From the human T2T-CHM13v2.0 reference genome, Homo sapiens, in the NCBI RefSeq assembly GCF_009914755.1, contig NC_060930.1: a DNA stretch of 64,000 bases; one strand, 5' to 3'. This document shows, piece after piece, positions 14,323 through 25,979 of the stretch. The notes under the pieces are model-generated. The model was not told where the DNA came from. It ran no database searches and saw only the letters and a list, made by a program, of their open reading frames with translations. Position 1 is the first letter of the stretch; each line of letters begins with the position of its first letter. The position numbers were made by a program, and so were the translations under genes.

Positions 14323-17009
14323 CTCAGGCACAAGTGCAAACTTTGCTTGTAGGCAACTGAGTTATCCTGTTTCTTCTATCAGCCGGCAGCACGTGCTCTT
14401 AAGGTGGACTTTTAAAAGCCTTTTTAATTTTATTTTCCCGGGCATGGGTGACCCCTGTCTCTCTAAGCCTGGAGGGTTTGCAAACACGCTAACTGGTGGT
14501 GGAAGTGTTCATTGCAGTTCACATAAAGGGTGTGTGGCTCCAGCACATATCGATTTGAAGCTGCCCACACAGACGCATTTTCAGTTGTCTTAAATTAAAT
14601 ACCCAATTTATTTTTTGGTACATATTTGGTTGCTTGCCAGCAAATGACTCTCAGTATATTCAATGGCTTTTTGCCAGAAAGATGACAGGCTTTTTTCTTT
14701 AAAAAGGGGGTGGCCCCTAAATAGCTTCCTTTCTGAAGAGCTCTTGGTGGCCCTCTGGTTTGTAGCAGCTAACTCGGAGTGCGGCCTTTTTACAGCCAGC
14801 TTTGGGGGTGCTAAATCTGTGCATTTTTCAAGCCTCAGTAGTTCTGGTCTCAATGCAGTAGTATTCGCTTGCTTTCTTTTCTCTTTTAAAATTTCCACAC
14901 AGGGTCCTGAGAGCCCTGCCATATGTGGGCTACTCATCCCAGCAGCATGCAGAGGTTCTGCGATGCCAGTGGTCACAGGGAGTCCCCTCATCTGGTCATC
15001 CTTCCATCCAAGATCCCTGGCTCTGGATGAGGGGGAAATTGCCGTACATGATTCAGTTAAAATTCCAGCCTGAGTGGCCTCGATTAAATCCAGCCTCCTA
15101 CATGCAATCAATTTTCAATTTTATCACCTCATACGAAGCAAAGCGTGAATGAGAGTTCAGGGAACTTGGATAGAGATAAAGCAGGGTCCTCTTTAATACA
15201 CAGATGCTTGTTAAACCTGCTCATTATTCTACACTGTGATTTTCTACGTGTAAACCAGAGACGATCATAATTATCATATGCCTCTCCAGGATTTCTCCAC
15301 GGAGAAAAACCTAAGAGTAAGTTCATCAAAATGGAAGGTAGAAAACAGGAAGAAGCTAAAATGTCATATCCAGGTGCAAACTAGAAGCCCCTCGTCCACC
15401 CTGGCCATGAGCTCCCTCCCTTCCTCTACTAAAGCATCCCCTGAACCGGGGAGAGGGACTCCACTTCCCAGTTCTTGGGCCTTCACTGCTCCCGAGCACA
15501 AGCCGTAAAATGACGGGAGCTGTGTGAGGTGCCAAGGTCTCAAATGAATGCGGGCAGCAGCACCTGTGAAGCTGATAAAACATCAGTTTGCATTTGGCTC
15601 ACCTTGCAAGAGGGGGTTTTATGCCTCTCGTTTTCGCTCCGCTCCCACACTCCTGTCACCCAGCAGCTCACACTATAAAGAGCATCCCCTGCGCTCTGTC
15701 TTAAGGAATGGGCACTAAATAAAAGAGGCAGCATGGTGCTGTTAATTTTTCAGCATAGGGGACGCTCTGCCTGTGACACCAGATGGAAGAAAATGTCCTG
15801 TAGCCTCCTCCCTGCTCATCAATGCTCAGTCACACCTCTCTTTAAGCATCCTTCAGCTTTCCCGAGAAACTGGTGGAAAATGGTGTTGTCTGAAAATCTG
15901 GGAATTTTTCCCTTCCTCCTGCTAATGGCCTGGGTTGAATAAACATTGAAGAGGAAAATTTAGAAAAATGAAAGAGAGAAGAGAAACGCTCTACCCCTAG
16001 ATGGGGCTACTGTCCGCAAGCAGAGTGTGTTTGTTTTTTAAAATTCAGTTCACTTACAGTGAGACTGAGATTAGGTATCAACAGAGAATTTACAATTTAA
16101 ATCAAACTTTGACTCATTTAATTAAGTCTTTAGTCCTGTGAACCTCATTCACAGCCTTAGCATTGGGCTGCTCTAGGACTCCAATTGATAAACTTCTTAA
16201 TTTCCTGGGTGTCTGGGTTTTTTTTCCTTTAAAAAAAAAAAAAACAACCCATACATCAAATCCAAACTGTTGAATAAACTACAAGGAAATAGTAGCCAGC
16301 AGCGAATGTTTATATGTTCCAGGGTAATAGATAATGAATAATAAGGGACTGAGGGTGAGGGTAGACTTAACAAAATGCTTGGAAAAGCCCAGGTGAGCTT
16401 CAATCTGTCCACTTGGGAAATAAGTCTGAAGAAGGAGAACTGCATTCCAATTAACATCTGTAATTTGCATTGTATGAAAGCACTAGAAAATAATAGTTTT
16501 GAGAGCTTTTTTAATGTTTCCAGAGGTAGGAGTACAGATAATCTTATTTAAGAAGCAAGCATAATAGGTCTTTCTGTCATTTCTGAGCTGCTGAATCATA
16601 GGAAGGACAGGAAACTCTACCTCAAGTCATGAGAAGAAAAGGTCTGCATGTGTCTCCTTAGCCTTAACCCCCTTGCCTAGGACAGAAAGCGGCTGAAGGA
16701 GGGCTCTGCCTCAAGTGTTTCTTAATCATTCCCTTCAGCAATGGTGCTGCTTTTGTTACATGACTGCTAAAAGAGCTGACGTGTCTGTATTGTGTACTGG
16801 GCACCATTTTACATACATTGACTCATCTGCTCCTTAAAACCATGCTATGGTTTAAGTATTATTACAATATTTACTAGAAAATTAAATAACTTGTAGAAAC
16901 TCATGACCCAAATTTTTAAACCTTATTTTAGATTCTTCTAAGACCAGGGCAATTGTGAAAACTCAGTGTTACCCATAAATAAAACAGCGGGGCACTCTCC
17001 TTATCAGGA

Positions 17010-17250
17010 GGCAGTGTGCCTTAAAATCAGCTTTGAAGTCAAGCCAGACTTAGCTGCAAGTCCCCCCTCCATCACTGCAGGCTGCATGCCTTTGGGCAGG
17101 TCACTTCAGCCTTCCGAGCCTCAGCTTCCAAGTCTGTAAAATGGGTTAGCATCATTCCCATCTGGCAGGATTGTCATGGGGCTTAAATGAGATAACACAT
17201 TAAAAGTGTTCAGGCCTCAGCCTGGATGTTAGCCCAGGTCTCGCAAATAC
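17010..17250 (+). mobile_element. MIR
   Basis: ctttgggcaggtcacttcagccttccgagcctcagcttccaagtctgtaaaatggg core. Confidence 0.85.
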
Positions 17251-17318
17251 AAGACCAGCCACCTTCCTCTTCCTCATCCTTAATGCTTCCTAATATTCTC
17301 TCTCACCTCCCACACTAG

Positions 17319-17520
17319 CAGCGCCATTACAGGAACTGTCCCCGTCCCACTGCACTGGCTGGCCCAGTGCCACATACTGCAGGGAGGAGACACAAGCATG
17401 CGGCCCTGGGGAGCGCTGGTCTCTGCACAAACACGGCTCTTGCAGCTTTCACCCTGAGCTCGCCCTGCGCCAGGGCAGCCAGTCATCTTGACAAGAGCAA
17501 GGACCGAGTTATAGGTCAAG
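17319..17520 (+). other. Candidate internal exon (probably lncRNA)
   Basis: Branch-like cctaat, long pyrimidine tract, tandem acceptor ctag/cag at 17315-17321, and consensus donor AAG|GTAAGT at 17521; no expression evidence. Confidence 0.35.
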
Positions 17521-19100
17521 GTAAGTGGCAGAAGCAACTCACTTTGATCTGTAACTAGAGCTCAGGGAGTCCCATTCGACCCTGCAAGGGGCCTGACAAG
17601 CACAAGCCCCACCCAGGAGCCAATGTGTCTCCGCAGTGCTTGCTCTAGAGGAGGAGGGACTGGGCGAGGTGGGGGGAGGAGCAGCCTTTGGTTCAGAAGC
17701 AAAATAGGGGGAAAAAAGAGGCCCAGAAAGAAACAGAGAGGGGAGAAGAAGCGCTGTTAAGTGACAGAGCCACAAACAGAGCTCTCTTGTCTACTGAAGT
17801 GATGTAGGGGAACTGAGGTGGCATTGGAGATATGCCTCCCACAGTGAGAAAGATTGTACTGGGAAGAGATGGAGAGAAAGGTGCCCCTGAGGGAAGAAGG
17901 TAAGCCGGACACTGAGACAAGAAACCAGGAAGGCTGAGGGAGCGCCTGGAGCTGGGATGGGCTCACTCCAGGTATACAATGTGCACGTGGGGATAAGGCT
18001 GCACTAAGTCGGGGGTCACGGCTAGTAATAATAAGCAAATCACTGGGAATTACTCTCTGGGTAGGCACAAGTGAGGCCTCTCAAACCACCCTGACGTTCA
18101 GGGTGAGGGCTGGAGCTCTCTGCTCCTGACAGGGAGCACAGCACTGCATCCTCGCAGCCCAGGAAAGTTCTGGCCCATTCGAGGAGGTAGCCGGGGGTCC
18201 CACTGACTCTGGAATGCTTGGGGCTCTATTTTAGTCCTTGGAACCCCAGGAGAGTCAGATCCCTCGTCTGCAAAGCTCTAGATATCCCTGTCCCTTGATT
18301 TTTCTTGAATCAGGAATGTCCTCTAATTTCAGAAATTAATTTGAACAATTTAAAGCCTTCTGGGATTCAGAGGAGGCAGCTTGGATGCTACGTGGAGCTA
18401 CAGGAGGGGCGCAGCCAATCAGCCACTGATCTTCACTCCTCAGGAACACACGGAAAAAAGTCCACTGAGCAAATCAGAAGGCACATACCCGTGTGCAAAT
18501 ACACAAAATGTATCCTATTATAAAATTTTATTAGCAGTGACAGTTTTAAGGGAGCTTTAGCAATATTTCAAGCTCTGGCATCAAAATCTGACATATTCAA
18601 TTTTGCTTTTATCAGGTTATCTGATGACATTTCTGCAAAAGAGGCACTCGCCCATCTCAGGCTCGCCCCTCCTCTGCTGGGCAACACTTGCCTACAGTTG
18701 GCGGAGCCAGCATGGACAGCATCTCTCTTCTTCTGCTGAGGAACAAACAAGGGTTCAACCCTCAACACACAAAGACCACCAGCACTGCTTGCCCTTTCAT
18801 TTTATAGCAAGCTCATGTCTAAAGAAACCCGTAGGCTCGTGGGCAGGGGACCAAATGGCAAGTGCAGATAGTGTCATTACAGAGGACTGGTGAGCTCTGC
18901 AGATGGCATCTGGGGCATCACAGGTGACAGGCAGGCTGTTGTGGGGCCCTGCGTGTTTGTGCATTATTGCAAAGACCGGGAATCAGCAGCTAAAGTGCAT
19001 CTACCTGGTTAGGGGGCAGCCTGCCCTGGACAGCTGAGAGCTGGGAAAGCCATCTCGAAGATTGCCACATCACAGGAGAAAAGCCCCATCCATTCCGCTC

Positions 19101-19815
19101 TTTCTTTTTAACAAGTTCAGGGGTACATGTGCAGGATGTGCAGGTTTGTTACATAGGTAAATGTGGTCATGGGGGTTTGTTGTACAGATGATTTCATCAC
19201 CAGGCATTAAGCCTAGTACGTGTCAGTTATGATTTCTGAGCCTCTCCCTCCTCCCACCCTCCACCTTCTGCCAGGCCCCAGTGCCTGTTTTTCCCCTCCA
19301 GTGTATGTGTCCATGTGTTCTCACCATTTAGCCCTCACTTATAAGTGAGAAAATGTGGTATTTGGTTTTCTGTCCCTGTTTTAGTTTGCTAAGGATAATG
19401 GCCTCCAGCTCCACCCATGTCCCTGCAAGGGAAATGGTCTCATTCTTTTTTTTGGCTACATGGTATTCCACATGGTATATACGTACCACATTTTAGAAAT
19501 GCAAATCAAAACCACAATGAGATACCATCTCACACTGGTCAGAATGGCTATTATTAAAAAGTCAAAAAAAAACAGATGCTGGTGAGACTATGGAGAAAAA
19601 GGAATGCTTATACACTGCTGATGGGATTGTAAAAAAAGTTCAGCCACTGTGGAAGACAGTGTGATGATTCCTCAAAGACCTAAAGGCAGAAATACCATTT
19701 GACCCAGCAATCCCATTACTGTGTGTATACCAAAAGGAATATAAATCTTTCTATGACAAAGACACATGCATATGTTTGTTGCAACAGTATTCACAAAGCA
19801 AAGCCATGGAATCAA
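19101..19815 (-). mobile_element. Older L1PA (about L1PA12-14) 3' end with inverted 5' segment
   Basis: Antisense L1 3'UTR/ORF2 end 19101-19494 joined at tttt|agaaatgc to a sense ORF2 segment 19495-19815. Confidence 0.9.
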
Positions 19816-19922
19816 TTTTTCTTAATAAATGAATCCAGGAACAAAAGAGAAGGCTCCATGAAACCCATTAGGTGCACAGCAAGAGGGTGAGGAGGTTAAG
19901 AGGGAATGAGCATATCTCCTAA

Positions 19923-20697
19923 TGACAGAGTCTCTCCTTGACCCAACGTTAGTCAGGCTCTTCTGAATCCTCTTCCTATCTGCCATGACTTTTAGGCTTT
20001 CTTTTTCCTTTTTTTTTTTTTTTGAGACAGGGTCTCACTCTGTTGCCCAGGCTGGAGTGCACTGGCGTAATCTCTGCTCACAGTAAACTCCACTACCCAG
20101 GTTCAAGCTATTCTTGTGCCTCAGCCTCCTGAGTAGCTGGGATTACAGGCGTGTGCCACCACGCCCAGCTAATTTTTGTATTTTTATTAGAGATGGGGTT
20201 TCACCATGTTGGCCAGGCTGGTCTCGAACTCCTGACCTCAGGTGATCTGCCCACCTCGGCCTCCCAAAGTGCTGGGATTACAGATGTGAGCCACCACGCC
20301 TGGCCCACTTTTAGACTTTCTTATCCATCTTTGCATCCCTCAATTTTAGCAAGATCTGGCTAAGTTGGTTTACCTTCAATATCTGATCACCCTTGATATA
20401 AGATTGGTTTCTTCATTCCCTGCCATCTTCCAGGTGACATCTGATCACCTCGGCCTGCCTACAGCAAGAATCCTATTGGCAAATAATTACTTTGCCTTCT
20501 GAGTAATTTTCTATCCAACAACCCCCAACCACTCTGTCTCATCCTGCTCTTGGACTACAAATCCCCAATTTTTCCTTATTGTATTTGGAGTTGAGTCCAA
20601 TCTCCTTCCCCTGCTGCAAAACCCCATTGCAGTAATCCCCTCCAAATAAAGCCTGCCTTACTGTTCTTTAACAAGTGCCAGGAATAATTTTTAAGCA
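19923..20697 (+). mobile_element. MER31 solo LTR (ERV1), interrupted by an Alu
   Basis: Starts TGacagagtctctccttgacccaacgttagtcaggctc, AATAAA at 20645, ends in CA; 4-bp TSD ctaa at 19919-19922 and 20698-20701. Confidence 0.85.
20002..20305 (-). mobile_element. AluSx
   Basis: Full antisense Alu; TSD acttttaggctttct/acttttagactttct. Confidence 0.97.
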
Positions 20698-20872
20698 CTA
20701 ACCCAAATTTCTTTCCTGTACTCCTTACAACAAGATGTAAGGAGCACACTCGGCTTGTCCTCAGGTTGCATTTATTAAACAAAAGCTAAAATCCCCCTTT
20801 CAAATATGAGAACATAAAGCATATAAGAGAGAAGTGTTTCCTGGGTGATCCAAATTAAAAATAAGAGCCATG

Positions 20873-21598
<726 letters not shown>

Positions 21599-22160
21599 TC
21601 AGTATCTTGTCAGCTATTTCCTCTGCTGAAACGAACTTTCATCTTTAATCTACTCGGGAGTGCTATGTATGACAGGCGATCCTTGGAGGAGAGAAGTCTG
21701 AGGGACAGCCTGCTACTGTATTTAAATTGGCTTCACCCAGACAGATAAATACAAAGATAAGGTTAATAAGGGTTAATAATTTATAGTCAGAAAAGTTTAA
21801 GAGGATTGCATAATTTAAGCCTCCCGTGAAGGCCCCAAACCAAACTCTATATTATTATCCTGAAGCCGGGTCTATTCCGTGACTCTCCTTCTGAATAACA
21901 GCCCCTCATGAGTCTCCCAGATACCTGACCTCAAAACCACAGAGCCACTGAAGCCACCTTCTGTCTCCTTCTCCATCTTCTCTGAGAGACAGCTGGTTAA
22001 TCAGGTCAAATTATTCTTATCTGATTATTAGTCATTAGCAGTTATAGTTATTCTCTAGTACCTTCCACATTTGTTCTTATTTTTATTCTCACTTGGATAC
22101 TTAAGAATAAAATTCTTCTGCTTATTTTGTTTGAATCCGTGGATTTTAAGAATTATTCCT

Positions 22161-22455
22161 GGCTGGGCGCAGTGGCTCACGCCTATAATCCCAGCACTTT
22201 GAGAGGCCAAGGAGGGGAGATTACTTAAGGTCAGGAGTTTGAGACCAATCTGGCCAACATGGTGAAACCCCATCTCTACTAAAAATACAAAAAGGAATTA
22301 GATAGGCATGGTGGCGGGCACCTGTAATCCCAGCTACTTAGGAGGCTGAGGTAGAAAAATTGCTTGAACCTGGGAGGCGGAGGTTAGAGTGAGCTGAAAT
22401 TGTGTCACTGCACTGCAGCCTGGGCAACAGAGCAAGCCTCCATCTCTAAATAAAT
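22161..22455 (+). mobile_element. AluS followed by (CATT)n
   Basis: Full dimer with short tail. Confidence 0.96.
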
Positions 22456-23118
22456 TCATTCATTCATTCATGCATTCATTCATTCCATAGTACAGCTACG
22501 ATCATGTTGGTGCCCCATTCAAACTCAGTTTGCATCGAGGGTGAATCTCCCTCCCCTCCCTAGGATCCCTGTTGGGATCTCTGGAGATGGTAACCTGCGT
22601 GGAAGGCTCCAGGCTCTGGTCCTCACCCTCTCTGTGAATTCCACTTGAAAGCCTTTCTGCCTACGTGAAGATGCAGATGAAGGACCCGAGGCTTAAGGCA
22701 ACAAGAAAATTTAGAATAGTTAGCAGCCGAGATAATGAATAAGAATTTTCAGTAACTTCTGGGCAACATAAAAGTGGAGTGCTCAGTCTGCAATTTTTGC
22801 CCCATCACCTTTAATAAGCATGAAGCAAAATGAACAAAAAGAATATTAAACTTTTAAAGACTAAACGATCTTTCAAAATATATTCCTCGCTTATAATGGT
22901 GGCAATGACCCTTTCCCTTTGTTACCTAGCTGAAAAAAAATTACAAAGTCGCATCAAAAGCAGAAATGAACATTGCAGAATGGGAGTAGAATAGTTTGCC
23001 TCCAAGGAAAGTGATTGAAAGTTGATTATCCGGTTTGTTAAACAGCTAACATTGAACCCTGTGGTCGGGTTTTGGGTGAAGACTCTAAGCCTGAAAGGCC
23101 ATGGTCAGGGTCTCTCTA

Positions 23119-23315
23119 CGGAGCTGGACGGTTGGACTTTCTGCTGTGGTGGCAATGTTCTGTATCTACTCTGTCCATATCCTGGCTACTGGCTGCATGT
23201 GGCTGTTGAACCACAACTGAGGAACTGAGTTTTTGTTTTATTGAATTTTAATTAATTTTTAAGGCTAATTTAAAGAGCTACATGCTGCTAGAAGCTACCA
23301 CATTGGACAGCACAG
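23119..23315 (+). mobile_element. MER3 (hAT-Charlie)
   Basis: actttctgc...aatgttctgtatct...catgtggctgttga...actgaggaactga...gctaccacattggacagcacag. Confidence 0.8.
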
Positions 23316-23579
23316 AATAAGGCATTCATGCTGCTCCACCTTTCCCCGATTCTTGTTCACAAGGTCAGAGGTTGAGGAAATGTCAATGCAAAACAGAAGG
23401 GGGTATAAGGCAGCAGGACAGACCCTCCACCCCTACCCCGGAAGCAGAATCACACGCTTCGCTTCAGGCCTGCCTGCCTCCTGGTGTGCAATGCTGATGT
23501 CAGCCGTGGAGTTGGCGTATGTGTTCTGTGGAATATCTCATAAGTTAAGGAGTCTATAATTAGTACTGGGAATCTAAAT

Positions 23580-23790
23580 AATAATCATGATAACAAGAAC
23601 TAACCTTGATAGAGCGTTTACTAATAGAAAGTCCTTTACACAGGTACAAACCAGTTGGGTAGCTTTATGTAAATGAGCGGGACAGAGGCCTAGAAAATTC
23701 AAACAGCTTGGCCAAGACCATAAGATTAATAAGTGGTAGAGTCAGAACTTGAACCTACTTCTCTCTGACTGAAAATCAATCAACTCTTAA
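23580..23790 (-). mobile_element. MIR
   Basis: acagaggc...cttggccaagaccata...taagtggtagagtcagaacttgaacc. Confidence 0.65.
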
Positions 23791-25333
23791 ACAGTAAACA
23801 TTTAAAGTGGGATTGTGGCTCAGCTGCTCAACCAGTGGACCAAACAACTAATTCTCTGAGACCCTGGGCCACCAGTAGATGCCCAGGACAGCAAGAGCCC
23901 CTGGCCAGTAGCCTCTAGGCTGGTGGCGTCTGTCCAGAAGCAGCAGTATCTCTCCACCACAGTGTGCCCTACAAATATCATCACTGTCTTCACGTGGAAC
24001 AAGGAAAAAATGTCTAGGAAGCACTGAACGACATTCTAAGGAAAACCATGTGGGTCATTCCCAAAGAGCTGGTCATGAACAAGACCCCAAGGATGCTAGC
24101 ACACCATTTGACTGACTCCAAGAACAGTATTGGAGGCAGGAAAATGTCCTCACGTGCCACAAGATTTTAAATTCTAATTTGCAGTAGAAGGAATTATAAA
24201 TAGGACAAAGTCAGAAATCACCCCAATTTTTGCATAGCCAGGGTCGGTTAAATTCATGAATAATGATGAGAAAATGAAGACCCTAGGATTAAAGTGGTAG
24301 CTTAGTTTCCGTAAAGACATTAAAGATATATACATCTCAGTAAAGAAGCTTCCTAACACTGTCATTCTCAGACAATGGTCAAATCAGGTGTTTCCACATG
24401 GCTTCTTAGAGCAAAGTTTCTTCAGGACAATGGGACATTTGTAAAAGAGACCCAAGCTTTGATCTGATCCATGACAGGGAGGCTGCTGGTATTCACTGAG
24501 TCTGTCGCCACATCAACCTGGTGAAGGCTTGGGCAGCACCTGTCAATCCGACACGAAGAGGTGTTCCATGAGTTTAATGGACACCGTCTGCCAACTCCAT
24601 TTTAGGTTATTAATATCAATTGGAGGGAAAAGAGGAAAACGGGGAGAGATTGCTCAATAGTGGATTTTAAAAGTCTTTTGTTGCATCTTGCTGAATTTGG
24701 TCCCAACTTCCCTCATCTAACAAAAGATAAAAATAGGCTCCAAGGCTGTTATGCTGAGAGTTAACATGAGGGAGGACTTATCCCTCATTTTCTTGATATC
24801 TATTCCATGTGAAGAGAAGTTTTGTAACTGTGAAATGATATCTAATGCGGGTTCTAATATAGAAACATATTTCTTCCAATGTCTCACACTCCCTTTCATT
24901 CGAGCGACCAAGTCCTGCTCACATATAATTTTATTAGAACTTTTCTCAAGGGTTACTATTAATACTCAGAATACCAATAACAACTATAATGTATTTACCA
25001 CATACCAGGTAATAGGCTATTTTACATAGATTATCTTAGAATTTCCCTAAAGCCCTTGAAAGATAATTATTATGCTCTTTATGCAACAGATTTGTTCACT
25101 CATTCATTCAACGCATATTTATTGAGCACCTGCCCAACAGCAGTGGGCATTTCTTACCCGTTGCTGTTGGGAGCACAGGGCCCAAGCAGGCTCCCTGTCC
25201 CCAGTGAGGAAAATACAGGTATATCCAAAGGATTACATCATAGTTCTTACATAAAATTATTCTGTTACCATATGCTCACATGACAATACTGCTTCTTTAC
25301 AAAATGGTATCTGCGTGAGTGAAAAACAATTCA

Positions 25334-25348
25334 GGGTGGGTGGGTGGG
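25334..25348 (+). other. (GGGT)3GGG G-quadruplex motif
   Basis: gggtgggtgggtggg: four G3 tracts with single-T loops. Confidence 0.75.
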
Positions 25349-25684
25349 AGACTCGGGTCTTGTGTCTCCAGATTTGGGTCCCACCTTACCAAATTCCATC
25401 ATGTAGAAAAAGAAAATTCCTCAATGTAATTGCTCCTGTGTTGATATAATTGATATCCTTCCAGAGGAGGAAAACCTAGTTTTTAATCTATTTTGCATTG
25501 TTCACCTTCTCAGCACCACATACTTAGAATAAGCAGGAATGATGGCTCTATCACTGTACCATGAGGAGATGAGACTATGGATGCTGTGCCAGGGTCTGTA
25601 AGACTTTTAAACAAGAGCTTTGTTTGATTCCATTATTAATCTCATCAGAGAGAGGCCCAAAAGTCATTTAAGATTTGGTTACTG

Positions 25685-25979
<295 letters not shown>

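Noticed and set aside
24262-24468. C/D box snoRNA (ATGATGA ... CTGA)
   Set aside because: Boxes about 200 nt apart with no terminal stem
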